A stretch of DNA of 64,000 bases from Gammaproteobacteria bacterium (GCA_965116495.1 OZ220696.1:2336001-2400000); one strand, 5' to 3'; shown: positions 19,873 to 30,132, counted from the stretch's first letter. The notes: generated by a model from the letters alone, not told the origin. Numbers and translations: made by a program.

Positions 19873-21372
19873 TCAGCGTGAATAAAATGGCGGGATTTTG
19901 GCATCGTAGTTGATCCACACCGCTTTGGGCGAGGTATATTCCTGCAGGCATTCAACGCCCATGTCCCGGCCGTAGCCGGATTCGCCGACACCGCCGAAGG
20001 GAGATGCGGGATGGACCCGCTTGTAGCAATTCACCCAGACCATGCCGGCCTTGATGCCATCGGAGAACCGATGGGCGCGTTGCAGGTTGTTGGTCCACAG
20101 TCCGCTGCCCAGGCCGTAGTCGGTCGCGTTCGCCAGTTCCAGCGCCTCGGCATCATCCTTGAAGCGGGTCACCGATACGAACGGGCCGAATACCTCCTGC
20201 TGAAACACCGTATGACCGGGGCCGGCCTCGACTATTGTCGGTTCAATGTAATAACCTTTTTTGAGTTCATCGTTATCCGGTTGTTTGCCGCCGGCAAGTA
20301 TTTTATTGCCTTCTTTTTTACAGACGTCGATGTAGCTGAGCACCCGGTCCAGGTGCATCTTCGATGTAAGCGGTCCCATCTCGGTTTCATCGTCCAATGG
20401 ATTGCCCAGCCTGATGGATTTTGCTAGCCCGATAAATTTTTCCAGGAACTCATCAGCTATCGACTCCTGTAGCAACAGGCGGGAACCGGCGATGCAGGCT
20501 TGCCCCTGGTTGTGGAAGATGGCGAATGCCGACCCGCCGACGGCTGCAGGAAGGGTTGCATCCTCAAACACGATGTTGGGGCCTTTGCCGCCCATCTCCA
20601 GCGAGACGCGTTTCAGGTTGCCTGCCGAAGCCTGGACGATCTTCCGGCCTGTTGCGGTGGAACCGGTAAAGGCAATTTTGTCTATGTCCGGATGCTCGGC
20701 AATGTGCTGGCCGGCAGTGTGGCCATAACCCGGGACGATATTCACTACACCTGGCGGGAAACCTACGTCGTTCATGAGATCCACCAGTCTGAGTGTTGAC
20801 AGGGGCGTGAGTTCTGACGGCTTCATTACCACGGTATTACCCGCGGCCAGGGCGGGCCCGAGCTTCCAGCTACAGAACATGATGGGAAAATTCCAGGGAA
20901 CGATCTGCCCTACAACGCCAACCGGTTTCCGTTTGACTATGCTGAGGAAACCGGGTTCTACCGGTACCTCGCGGCCATCTATCTTATCCGCGATGCCGCC
21001 GAAATAACGCAGGTTCAGCAAGGTCCTCGGCAGGTCCAGGCGCCGGGTATCTTTAAGGGGATGGCCGGTGTCCAGGCTTTCAAGTTCGGTAAACTCGTCA
21101 AAATGCTGCTCCAGTTTATCGGCCAGCTTCATAATAAGCTGACCGCGTTCCGAGGCGAACATATTGCTCCAGCCGTGAAATGCTGCCCGGGCCGCGGCAA
21201 CAGCTTTATCTACGTCAGCCGGTTTTGCTTCAGCGATAGCGGTGATTTTACTGCCGTCATGGGGGTTGACAACATCTATCGTGCTGCCATCCTCCGCATC
21301 GACAAACTCACCGTTGATGAACAGTTGATTACGGATATCCTGCGATTGTATCGTGCGGACTTTGTCAAGCAT
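19873..21372 (-). CDS. NAD-dependent aldehyde dehydrogenase
   Basis: IVPWNFP, KPSELTP, FTGSTATG, LEMGGKGP, GQACIAG, EVFGP, PFGG. Confidence 0.95.
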   Translation of the reverse strand: MLDKVRTIQSQDIRNQLFINGEFVDAEDGSTIDVVNPHDGSKITAIAEAKPADVDKAVAAARAAFHGWSNMFASERGQLIMKLADKLEQHFDEFTELESLDTGHPLKDTRRLDLPRTLLNLRYFGGIADKIDGREVPVEPGFLSIVKRKPVGVVGQIVPWNFPIMFCSWKLGPALAAGNTVVMKPSELTPLSTLRLVDLMNDVGFPPGVVNIVPGYGHTAGQHIAEHPDIDKIAFTGSTATGRKIVQASAGNLKRVSLEMGGKGPNIVFEDATLPAAVGGSAFAIFHNQGQACIAGSRLLLQESIADEFLEKFIGLAKSIRLGNPLDDETEMGPLTSKMHLDRVLSYIDVCKKEGNKILAGGKQPDNDELKKGYYIEPTIVEAGPGHTVFQQEVFGPFVSVTRFKDDAEALELANATDYGLGSGLWTNNLQRAHRFSDGIKAGMVWVNCYKRVHPASPFGGVGESGYGRDMGVECLQEYTSPKAVWINYDAKIPPFYSR

Positions 21373-21452
21373 GAGTGTATTCCCTGTTGTTTGTCTTCAT
21401 GGATTTTTCAGCTTATCCTATTATAAGGCAATATTGATACAAACCTCATGAC

Positions 21453-22637
21453 TTGAACCGGATCATGCCTGCAGAAATCGGAACAACTTCATCACCGCCC
21501 GGTAAGACATCGCCCTATCCCCAATACGTGGAAGCCCGGCTGGGTTTTCGCAATCACTGGTATCCCACGTTGTTTTCCGACGAATTGGGTGAAGGGGAGT
21601 TCAAAGCCTTTCCCATACTCGGGGACCGGTTGTTACTGGCGCGGGTTGACGGCAGGGTGCATGCCGTGCGCGACCGTTGCCTGCATCACGGAGTCGCCTT
21701 TTCCCGCAAGATCGAGTGCTACAAAAAAGGCACCGTGTCCTGCTGGTATCACGGTTTCACCTTTAACCTGCAAACGGGTGTGTTGTGCGACATTATCGCC
21801 AACCCCAGAAGCAACATGATCGGCCGGTTGCGGATAGATACTTTTCCCGTTGTCGAGTCAAAAGGGCTCATTTTCGTATTCATGGGGGATACCGAGCCAC
21901 CTTCCCTGGCAGATGACGTCCCGCCCACTTTTCTCGATGACGATATTTACGTGCGCGGACGGCGCACGGAAGTCCAGGCAAACTGGCGCATCGGCTGTGA
22001 GAACGGCTTTGACAGCACGCATATTTTTATCCATAAAGACTCCGTCCTGGTCAAGGGAAACGACCTGATTTTGCCCCTGGGTCTGGTTCCCACCGGCAAG
22101 GACGCGTTTGAAATCGTAGACGAGGCGAGCGGGCCCAAAGGAGTCTACGACAAGTTATTTGAACACTGCGAACCAGTGTTCGAAGGCAAGATAGAGGGAG
22201 AAACGGTTGCGCACGGCAACCTCGGGACGACACCGGTTGCCTATAACATATCCATCTGGCTGCCGGGTGTACTGCGGGTGACCCCCTGGCCCGGACCGAC
22301 CATGACGCAGTACGAATGGTATGTGCCGATTGACGAAAACCGGCACTATTACACCCAGACCATCGGCAAAAAGATTGAACAGGAAAGCGACAAGAGCGAT
22401 TTTGACCGGGATTTTGACAATAAATGGAATGAAATGGCCTTGCAGGGTTTCAACAATGACGATATCTGGGCGCGGGAAGCACAGCAGGAATATTACCGCT
22501 ATGACGAGGCCTGGACCGAAGAACACCTGTATGAAGCCGACCGCAACATCAGTGTCTGGCGGCAACTGGCGGCAAAGCGCAACAGAGGGATACAAAAACG
22601 TGAACATATTGTGAAGATCGGCAGACCCGTTGAATGA
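21453..22637 (+). CDS. carAa: Carbazole 1,9a-dioxygenase-like homotrimeric Rieske oxygenase
   Basis: LGFRNHWYP, DRCLH, CWYHG, ENGFDSTHIFIHKDS, ISIWLPGVL, EWYVPIDE and GFNNDDIWARE match CarAa blocks recalled from memory. Confidence 0.85.
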   Translation: MNRIMPAEIGTTSSPPGKTSPYPQYVEARLGFRNHWYPTLFSDELGEGEFKAFPILGDRLLLARVDGRVHAVRDRCLHHGVAFSRKIECYKKGTVSCWYHGFTFNLQTGVLCDIIANPRSNMIGRLRIDTFPVVESKGLIFVFMGDTEPPSLADDVPPTFLDDDIYVRGRRTEVQANWRIGCENGFDSTHIFIHKDSVLVKGNDLILPLGLVPTGKDAFEIVDEASGPKGVYDKLFEHCEPVFEGKIEGETVAHGNLGTTPVAYNISIWLPGVLRVTPWPGPTMTQYEWYVPIDENRHYYTQTIGKKIEQESDKSDFDRDFDNKWNEMALQGFNNDDIWAREAQQEYYRYDEAWTEEHLYEADRNISVWRQLAAKRNRGIQKREHIVKIGRPVE

Positions 22638-22642
22638 AGTGT

Positions 22643-22745
22643 TAAATTCAGGACACCCATAAATTATGATTCCATGGGTGTCCTGAATTTATCCCAAAAT
22701 TATATTCCTGGATGCCCGCAAGATAATTTGTGGGTGTCCCAAATT
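22643..22745. repeat. REP-like cluster: 18-bp inverted repeat plus a third unit
   Basis: TAAATTCAGGACACCCAT (22643-22660) / ATGGGTGTCCTGAATTTA (22674-22691); third unit AATTTGTGGGTGTCCCAAATT (22725-22745). Confidence 0.82.
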
Positions 22746-24441
22746 GGTTGCCATTTCAGTGAAGCAACGTTATTCAGTGCTGATAATCGGCGGTGGTCCT
22801 TGTGGCCTCATGCTTGCGAACGAACTTGGGCGGCGTAACATCAGTGTGCTGCTCATCGATGAGAAATCCTCCACGGCTTTTAATCCGCAGGCCAATGCCA
22901 CCCAGGCGCGCACCATGGAGCACTTCCGCCGGCTCGGTTTTTCCGACGAGGTGCGTGCGCTCGGCCTGCCAGCGGACTATCCCACCGACATCGCCTACTT
23001 CACCCGTTTCACTGGCTATGAACTGGCGCGGTTTTCCTTACCGCCATCCGGCGCGGCCAGGTCACGTGTTCAGAGCCTGACCGGGTCCTGGAGCGCTGCC
23101 GAACTGCCCCACAGGGTCTCCCAGAAGTGGGTGGAGAAGGTGCTATACAAACATGCCCTCGCCTGCGAGGGAAACGCGCTTCGCTTCAGTCATCGCCTTC
23201 TCGGTTTCGATCATCAGCCGGATGGTATAACTGCGCTGATTGAAGATATTGAGAACGGGACGACGTTCACGGCACAGGCCGATTTCCTGGTAGGCGCCGA
23301 CGGTGCGCGCAGTCTCGTGCGCCAGGCACTCGGCTTCCAGTACGTCGGTGAGGGCGGCGCAGTACGGGATTTCATGGGTGGCCGCATGCACGCCATGTAC
23401 ATACGCGTGCCTGATTTTTATTCCGTGTCCGGCCATGCGCCTGCCTGGATGAACGTGACTTTCAACCGGGACCGGCGCGCGTTCATGGCTGCCGTCGACG
23501 GCAAAAGCGAATTTGCATTCCACACACAACTGCGGGCGGATGAGGATGAAGCAGCATTGAGCGATGGGGATGCCATCGATATGTTCCGTGCGGCAATGGG
23601 TGCTCAGGTCAATATCGAAATCCTCTCCCGCGGGACCTGGCGGGCCGGTTTTACCCTGGTTGCCGAACGCATGCAGAGCGATCGTGTCTTCCTCGGCGGC
23701 GATGCTGCGCACCTGTTCACGCCGGCCGGGGGGTTAGGCTATAACACGGCCATCGAGGATGCCGTGAACCTGGGCTGGAAACTGGCTGCCGTGGTGCGCG
23801 GCGCGGCGCCCCATTCCCTATTGGCCAGCTATGAACTGGAACGCCGTCCCGCGGCGGTTCGCAACACGAACTACGCCCGGGAGTTTGCCGATTCTCTCGG
23901 CGCTAACACCGCCCCCGCGGAGCTGGAGGATAACTCTCCCGCCGGCGCAGAAGCGCGCGCCAGGGCAGGAGAGTACTTTAACGTGCACGCACGCAAGGAA
24001 TTCAATATTCCCGGGATCACGTTTGGATGCCGCTATGACGGATCGCCGGTTATCATCGCAGACGGCGAACCGCCCCCGGACCGCGCCAATGTTTATACCC
24101 CGACCTCCTGCCCGGGGGGGCGAGCCCCTCACTTGTGGCTCGAGCAAGACCACTCGCTCTACGATGAGTTCGGTTTCGAATGGACCCTGTTGCGTCTTGG
24201 ACCGAGGCCGCCATCGACTGAGGGAATAAAAACGGCTTTCGCCGAGGCCGGTCTGGAACTCAAGGTTCTCGATGTGGCAAGCGAAATGGCTCGCGATATT
24301 TACCAGACCGACCTGGCTCTAATCAGGCCGGACCAGGTTGTGGCTTTTCGCGGGCCGGAAATCAGTGATGCCCGGGCGCTGACAGCCAAAGTCAGCGGTC
24401 ATGTTCAACCGGAAACCGGTGCAACGCCGGCACAGGGGTAA
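22744..24441 (+). CDS. FAD-dependent aromatic monooxygenase (PheA/TfdB/UbiH-like)
   Basis: IIGGGPCGL, LVGADGARS, LGGDAAH...GGLGYNT, NLGWKLA, PGGRAPH, LIRPDQVVA. Confidence 0.92.
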   Translation: MVAISVKQRYSVLIIGGGPCGLMLANELGRRNISVLLIDEKSSTAFNPQANATQARTMEHFRRLGFSDEVRALGLPADYPTDIAYFTRFTGYELARFSLPPSGAARSRVQSLTGSWSAAELPHRVSQKWVEKVLYKHALACEGNALRFSHRLLGFDHQPDGITALIEDIENGTTFTAQADFLVGADGARSLVRQALGFQYVGEGGAVRDFMGGRMHAMYIRVPDFYSVSGHAPAWMNVTFNRDRRAFMAAVDGKSEFAFHTQLRADEDEAALSDGDAIDMFRAAMGAQVNIEILSRGTWRAGFTLVAERMQSDRVFLGGDAAHLFTPAGGLGYNTAIEDAVNLGWKLAAVVRGAAPHSLLASYELERRPAAVRNTNYAREFADSLGANTAPAELEDNSPAGAEARARAGEYFNVHARKEFNIPGITFGCRYDGSPVIIADGEPPPDRANVYTPTSCPGGRAPHLWLEQDHSLYDEFGFEWTLLRLGPRPPSTEGIKTAFAEAGLELKVLDVASEMARDIYQTDLALIRPDQVVAFRGPEISDARALTAKVSGHVQPETGATPAQG

Positions 24442-24443
24442 CT

Positions 24444-24791
24444 ATGCATCGGGTTGTGCTTACCCCGGTCAGCGACGCGGCCGCGAAACAAATCTTCCCC
24501 TACAGTGCCAATGACAGTGAAAATCCGGAGGACCTTTGGTTGTGGCTGACAAAGACCCGGGAACGGACAGGGATTGATTTCGTAGCCATCCCGCATAACT
24601 CGAACCTTTCCAAGGGAAGCATGTTCACCCGCACCACGATGTCCGGCGAGTCCATGGATGCAGGTTATGCCCGTTTGCGGTCGGACTGGGAATCTGTGGT
24701 GGAGGTAACCCAGACCAAGGGAACTTCCGAGACCCGCCCGCTGCTGTCTCCAGGGGACGAGTTTGCCGGATTCGAGATTTATAAAAAATGA
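24444..24791 (+). pseudogene. Internal fragment of a DUF3604 protein
   Basis: HRVV, PEDLW, AIPHNSNLSKG, EVTQTKGTSE, SPGDEFAGFE; only 115 aa of a much larger family; DUF3604 commonly neighbours HupE/UreJ. Confidence 0.75.
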
Positions 24792-25786
24792 TCCGGACAG
24801 TATTACTGGCAGTTTTGATAATCCTGGGCCTTGCCGGCGGGCCCACCGTATCCGCCCATGACAGCCGGCCGCTATTCATCAATATCACCGAAACCAGCGA
24901 ACATACTGTGATGGTCTCATGGAAGACACCTCCTGCCGTTGACCTGAACAATGCTCCACGCATTGCATTGCCGGGTTGTGATGGTTCCGCGCAAATCCCA
25001 ATACAACGACGTCTGACCGGTTCACTGATTTATTCATGCAAAACAGGCCTGTCAGAGAACTCCCTGAACATTGATTACCCGTTGTTTAATCCATCCATTT
25101 CATCCCTTGTACGCATTGTGTTCCATGACGGGCAAACGCGCAGCATTATCCTTGATCCGGGCCAGACCGTGTGGCGCATTCCGGCGCCGGATACTTTCGC
25201 AAGCGTGATCAGGGATTATTTCGCCCTGGGCGCCGAACATATATTCGGCGGGATAGACCACCTGCTCTTCCTTGCCGGATTGCTCTATATCGCCGGCACC
25301 CTGCGCCGGATCCTGATCACCGCGACCGGCTTTACCCTGGCCCACTCGATAACCCTGTTCCTGGTGGCGCTGGATGTAATCCGGGTTTCGGTCCCCGCCG
25401 TCGAAACGGTGATTGCATTATCGATCGTAATGCTGGCCTGCGAAATTGCCCGTAACGACCGCACCACGCTCACCTGGCGCCGCCCACTCCTGGTCGCTTG
25501 CGGCTTCGGCCTGGTGCACGGGGCCGGTTTCGCCGCCGCCCTGACGGAGACAGGCCTGCCGCAGACGGAAAAGATCAGCGCATTATTATTTTTCAACCTG
25601 GGTGTGGAAGCAGGCCAACTGCTCATCATCGCCGTGGTATTCACCGGCCTGTGGACAGTTTCACGCCTGTACAGGTCGCCGCCGCGTGCGTACGAGAACC
25701 GGCAATTACGCCTGGTATTCAGTTATGCGCTCGGTATCGTCTCGGCCTTCTGGTTTGTCGAGCGGTTTACGATGGCATTTGTTTAA
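24788..25786 (+). CDS. HupE/UreJ-family membrane protein
   Basis: GAEHIFGGIDHLLF, FTLAHSITL, FGLVHGAGFA, FNLGVEAGQL. Confidence 0.92.
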   Translation: MIRTVLLAVLIILGLAGGPTVSAHDSRPLFINITETSEHTVMVSWKTPPAVDLNNAPRIALPGCDGSAQIPIQRRLTGSLIYSCKTGLSENSLNIDYPLFNPSISSLVRIVFHDGQTRSIILDPGQTVWRIPAPDTFASVIRDYFALGAEHIFGGIDHLLFLAGLLYIAGTLRRILITATGFTLAHSITLFLVALDVIRVSVPAVETVIALSIVMLACEIARNDRTTLTWRRPLLVACGFGLVHGAGFAAALTETGLPQTEKISALLFFNLGVEAGQLLIIAVVFTGLWTVSRLYRSPPRAYENRQLRLVFSYALGIVSAFWFVERFTMAFV

Positions 25787-25927
25787 GAATTCAGGTCTGG
25801 GAAAATATCGCTCCGATATATTCATTACTGAAAATTTCAGTGTATTACCATCTAAGCGAGTGGGATGAATCCCATTTTACGTTATCGAATAAATTAGGGT
25901 TCCAATCCCACTGTTATTCATGCAATA

Positions 25928-27157
25928 TTGAACTGTCAAACTTCGGAGCGCCTGGTCATGCCCGATATACCGGGTTCAAAAAGCACATTACAACCTGAGG
26001 ATAACCTGCAAGCGGTTGGCGAACAGGATATTTCGAGCGACAAGAATTTCCGTTTTTTCGATAACCGGCAGAAATACCTGCTGTTTGTAAACACCTGCAG
26101 CGAGAAGGAGATCATTGCGAAACGGGTGGGTATGGAACTGGGGAATATCCGGCCGAATCCCCCGGCGTTACGCATCTTTGATGCGGGCATGGGGGACGGT
26201 TCGGTTATCACCCGGGTCATGCGCGAAACACACCGCCGTTTCCCGACCATTCCGCTCTATATTGCATCGAAGGAAATCAGCCTCGAAGATGTCAGGTTAT
26301 CCTTGTCAAGAATGTCGGATCGTTTCTTTGAGCATCCCTCAACAGTCCTGGTTCTGACGAATATGTATTATTCGGAGGCGCCCTGGATGTCCCCGAAGAA
26401 AGTTGAGGCCGCCCAAACCATGGTATGGAAGGACGTTGCTCTTTCAGGCACATCTGCGCACGAATTCGACGAACAGCTTGGAGATCTGGATGGTTTTCTC
26501 GCGCAAAACTGGCAGGCTTTACACAGTCCGGTAACAGGCAACCCTGTCTATGAACGGCCTGTGGTACTGGTGATATACAGGGAAGATTATCGATTTCTGC
26601 TGGACGATGTCATTCCCAGGCAAGGTAAAGTCAGGGCCGACTTTGACCTGGTGATCGCATCACAACCCTATCGATTGAGAGTTTCAGATGAATTCAAGGC
26701 CCGGAAAGTACTGAGCCCGCTGGTCCAGGCCCTGGGGCGGGGCGGCCGGTTGCTCGGCATTCATTCATACGGCAATGATCCGGGACTGGAAATAATCAAA
26801 GAAGTATGGCCCAGAGAAAATCCCTATCAACGCAACAGGCATGATTTACTGCGTACGTTGAAATCCCAGCTAGGTAAGGAAGCAAGGAAATACAACTTTA
26901 ATGTTTATGCGGATGCGCGCTCGATCTTCAGATACGACATGCATACGTTACCTTCAGAGGTATCAGCCAGCATCGGCACTTCCACCTTGTTTGCGGCCTG
27001 GAACGCAGCCGTATATGTGGCGCAGATAGAAGACTCACGCTTGACCGAGGCAATCACGGACGACAGGTATCTGCTGGCGACCGACAGGATATTGAAGAAA
27101 TACGGCGGTCTCTGGTTTTACGATGAATCCTTTGTGGTGTCGCGCAAAAAGAATTAG
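25928..27157 (+). CDS. Conserved hypothetical protein with class I SAM-methyltransferase-like motif
   Basis: 409-aa ORF; IFDAGMGDG motif I and FDLVIASQPY motif. Confidence 0.7.
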   Translation: MNCQTSERLVMPDIPGSKSTLQPEDNLQAVGEQDISSDKNFRFFDNRQKYLLFVNTCSEKEIIAKRVGMELGNIRPNPPALRIFDAGMGDGSVITRVMRETHRRFPTIPLYIASKEISLEDVRLSLSRMSDRFFEHPSTVLVLTNMYYSEAPWMSPKKVEAAQTMVWKDVALSGTSAHEFDEQLGDLDGFLAQNWQALHSPVTGNPVYERPVVLVIYREDYRFLLDDVIPRQGKVRADFDLVIASQPYRLRVSDEFKARKVLSPLVQALGRGGRLLGIHSYGNDPGLEIIKEVWPRENPYQRNRHDLLRTLKSQLGKEARKYNFNVYADARSIFRYDMHTLPSEVSASIGTSTLFAAWNAAVYVAQIEDSRLTEAITDDRYLLATDRILKKYGGLWFYDESFVVSRKKN

Positions 27158-27283
27158 CAAACTAGCGTAAATATTACCCTTTCCGGAGCCCGGCACCTGG
27201 CAGGATTGTAATGGTTGATTGATTTTCATTCTATTCTGGACTATACTCTCAAATAATCCTACTATTAGGGACTTACTTCCTGA

Positions 27284-28444
27284 ATGGTTAAGATTGGCAG
27301 AGTTTTGAATATTGAACTTGAGCAAGGCCAGTCCGCGTTTTTGTGGGGGCCTCGAAAGACCGGCAAGTCAACCTATCTGAAACAGGCATTTCCGGAAAGC
27401 GTCGTCTATGATTTTCTCAAGACGGATGTGACGCTGGACCTCCTTAGAAGCCCCTCACTGTTGCGTGAACAACTCCTGGCAAACAGGGAACAGGCAGCGG
27501 CATCTCCTGTTATCCTGGATGAAGTACAAAAAGTGCCTGCCATTCTGGATGAGGTTCATTGGCTGATTGAAAATGCCGGTTTGAATTTTATCCTGTGCGG
27601 TTCAAGCGCCAGGAAATTGATAAAGGGTAGCGTCAACCTCCTCGGAGGACGGGCCTGGCGCTTTGAAATGTTCCCGTTTGTCTTCCCTGAAATCAAACAG
27701 TTTGATCTATTACGCGCCCTGAACCAGGGTCTGGTACCCTCCCATTACCTCCAGCAGCATCAATATCAACGGTCGTTACGCGCTTATGTGCAGGACTACC
27801 TGAAAGAGGAAGTATTCAATGAGGGCCTGGTGCGAAACATGCCCGCGTTCTCACGGTTCTTTGAAGCGATGGGATATTCCCATGGCGGGTTAATCAACTA
27901 TGCAAATATTGCGCGGGACTGTGGGGTTGACGCCAAGACCGTAAAAGAATATTTCCAGATATTGGCAGATACGTTACTGGGAACCTTTGTGCCGCCGTAT
28001 AAAAAAAGACAAAACCGGCAGGTCATCACCAAGGCTTCAAAATTTTACCTGTTTGATGTCGGCATCGCCGGGCATCTCAGTCAACGCAAAATTACTGAGG
28101 CGCGCGGGGAGCAGTTCGGCAAGGCTCTGGAGCATTTTGTATTTATGGAACTTAGTGCCCATCGTTCATACCATGACTTGCATTACGGGATAAGTTTCTG
28201 GAGGACAAAATCCGGCCTTGAAGTGGATTTCATACTGGGTGACGGGGAGATCGCTATAGAAGTAAAAGGCGCAAGCCGGGTAGATAAAACGGATATGAGG
28301 TCCCTCCGAGCTTATATGAACGAGTTTAAACCAAGATTGGGGATTGTAGTATCCAACGAAAAACGCGAACGTCAGGTCGGCGATATAACCGTGCTGCCCT
28401 GGCAAGTTTTCCTGAATAAATTATGGGCGGGGGAGTTGCTGTGA
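27284..28444 (+). CDS. AAA+ ATPase (AAA_14 + DUF4143, COG1373) with C-terminal PD-(D/E)XK-like domain
   Basis: GPRKTGKS, ILDEVQK, GSSAR, KFYLFDVG, EVDFIL...IAIEVK. Confidence 0.9.
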   Translation: MVKIGRVLNIELEQGQSAFLWGPRKTGKSTYLKQAFPESVVYDFLKTDVTLDLLRSPSLLREQLLANREQAAASPVILDEVQKVPAILDEVHWLIENAGLNFILCGSSARKLIKGSVNLLGGRAWRFEMFPFVFPEIKQFDLLRALNQGLVPSHYLQQHQYQRSLRAYVQDYLKEEVFNEGLVRNMPAFSRFFEAMGYSHGGLINYANIARDCGVDAKTVKEYFQILADTLLGTFVPPYKKRQNRQVITKASKFYLFDVGIAGHLSQRKITEARGEQFGKALEHFVFMELSAHRSYHDLHYGISFWRTKSGLEVDFILGDGEIAIEVKGASRVDKTDMRSLRAYMNEFKPRLGIVVSNEKRERQVGDITVLPWQVFLNKLWAGELL

Positions 28445-28453
28445 GGCCGGGGA

Positions 28454-28603
28454 TCAATGAAATTCAGCCAACCACGAAAAACGCTTATACAATCCGGCAA
28501 TATATCTGTCTGCCTGGATTTCGTTCCAGACTTCAGTGGTATATTTCCAGATATCGGATAAATCTTCCTTTGCCCGGAAAGTGAGACTATATGATTTTGC
28601 CAT
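28454..28603 (-). pseudogene. parE: Truncated ParE toxin (49 aa)
   Basis: Hand translation MAKSYSLTFRAKEDLSDIWKYTTEVWNEIQADRYIAGLYKRFSWLAEFH-stop; N-terminal half only; overlaps parD. Confidence 0.8.
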
Positions 28604-28847
28604 CCCGTTCTTCCCTGAACTTTCTCAGCATTTCATCAAGTGATAACGTCACAAATTCACCGCGCTCGGCCTGAGCCGCACCCTCGGCCAAATGGGTACG
28701 TAATGCAGCCAACTTGCTCTTGCGTTCTTCCAACGTTCGCAGAGCATCACGAACCACTTCACTGGCGCTACCATAGCGGCCACTGGCAACTTCATTTTTT
28801 ATGAACACTTCCCAATGTTCACCAAGACTGAGACTCGTCGTTGCCAT
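28587..28847 (-). CDS. parD: ParD-family antitoxin
   Basis: MATTSLSLGEHWEVFIKNEVASGRYGSASEVVRDALR. Confidence 0.9.
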   Translation of the reverse strand: MATTSLSLGEHWEVFIKNEVASGRYGSASEVVRDALRTLEERKSKLAALRTHLAEGAAQAERGEFVTLSLDEMLRKFREERDGKII

Positions 28848-28883
28848 CCAAATACCCGGTTTATTCAATTTGAATAAATATAA

Positions 28884-29107
28884 GGAAGCTCTGATCAAGT
28901 CCGTCCGGGACTTGTCAGAGTACGCACAAATCGGCAGGATAGCCGATTTGCACGACTTGTTGCCGCTTTGCGGCGAGCTACAAGGATGTAGCGAGTGAAA
29001 ACAAAAATGCGATTTTTGTTTTGCTCCCAAAATCAATGACCTACAGTCATTGATTTTGACGGCACATCCCTGTACCGTAGAGAACCTCTGAGTTAATCAG
29101 AGGTTCC
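28884..29107. mobile_element. MITE (~224 bp) with IS5-like ends
   Basis: GGAAGCTCTGATCAA ... TTAATCAGAGGTTCC (13/15 inverted match); internal hairpins AAATCGGC...GCCGATTT and CAAAATCAATGAC...GTCATTGATTTTG; non-coding. Confidence 0.72.
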
Positions 29108-29262
29108 ATAAATATACAACAAATTAACAGGTTTGAACACTTCTGTGTCAGAGGTAACATCGGCACTCATGGTTGAAAATAGCATCTGCGCCGTGCCCGC
29201 ATGGTCGGGCAGACCGGATGCAGTTCTTTACCGGTACGTCTGATTTGGCATAAACGTACTGG

Positions 29263-29697
29263 TTATTCTACGTCGAGCACGCCGAGTTCGATCAGCATGC
29301 CCAGTTCGTCGCGGCAGACCCATTCTTCTGCAATTTTGCCATCTTCAATCCTGAAGTTTGCGATAGCGGACCAGCCTACCGTTTTCCCGGCCACCTCGTG
29401 ATAGCCGATGCGGCTTTTCCAGTTGTCTCGGTGAACCGCCAGGTGGCTTAACCGGCAGGAGATGCGATCATCGGAGCCGAACATCTCGTAAATTGTCGTT
29501 TTTATTGAACTGTAGCTGTCGATAACCCTCGAAAGACCGGCCTTGAAATTTTCAATACCGACGATGGGTTTCGCCACTTCCGGCCGGTGGATAATACAAT
29601 CGTCGGTGTAGTATTCACCCAGCAAGTCGATATTGAAGTTATCAACGACTTCCGCGAAATAGCCCCTTACGATTTCTTTATTCTCTTCAACTGACAT
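29263..29697 (-). CDS. SnoaL-like ester cyclase / NTF2-fold protein
   Basis: MSVEENKEIVRGYF...FRIEDGKIAEEWVCRDELGMLIELG. Confidence 0.85.
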   Translation of the reverse strand: MSVEENKEIVRGYFAEVVDNFNIDLLGEYYTDDCIIHRPEVAKPIVGIENFKAGLSRVIDSYSSIKTTIYEMFGSDDRISCRLSHLAVHRDNWKSRIGYHEVAGKTVGWSAIANFRIEDGKIAEEWVCRDELGMLIELGVLDVE

Positions 29698-29738
29698 TCT
29701 GTAGTCCTGCCTCTGGTAAACCTGTATTTCGCCCACTA

Positions 29739-30071
29739 TTACTGTTCGGTCGACTCTTCTCTTTTGCGCAAATCGACCACGACATCGCTCTTCAACATGC
29801 TTTGACAGGCCAGTACATATCCGGCCGCAAGTTGTTTGCGGGTCAGTGTATAGGAAAAGTCAAGGATCGGTTTGATTTTGCCTTCGATCAACCTGCACCT
29901 GCAGGTACCGCAGGTACCGACTGTGCACTGGTGCGGGAAGGCGATATTCTGATCCAGGGCTGCCTGCAGGAGTGTTCTGTTGCGAGGCACATTGAATTTC
30001 TTTTGGGGGTGTTGAATTAGCGCTGTATACGATTCCTTCCGCTTCAGGATGTCTTTAATCCAGCCAGTCAT
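29739..30071 (-). CDS. Plant-type [2Fe-2S] ferredoxin resembling the N-terminal domain of XylA/CymAb
   Basis: TLLQAAL, PHQCTVGTCGTC, FSYTL, GYVLACQ; no FAD/NAD domains follow. Confidence 0.88.
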   Translation of the reverse strand: MTGWIKDILKRKESYTALIQHPQKKFNVPRNRTLLQAALDQNIAFPHQCTVGTCGTCRCRLIEGKIKPILDFSYTLTRKQLAAGYVLACQSMLKSDVVVDLRKREESTEQ

Positions 30072-30132
30072 GGCTCAATAAGGCACATGTCAAAAATCAT
30101 TGAGCACAGTACAACCATGAAGTCGATGTCTG

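Noticed and set aside
28848-29036. N-terminal extension of ParD (149-aa ORF)
   Set aside because: Read-through from MITE sequence; ParD similarity starts at MATTSL
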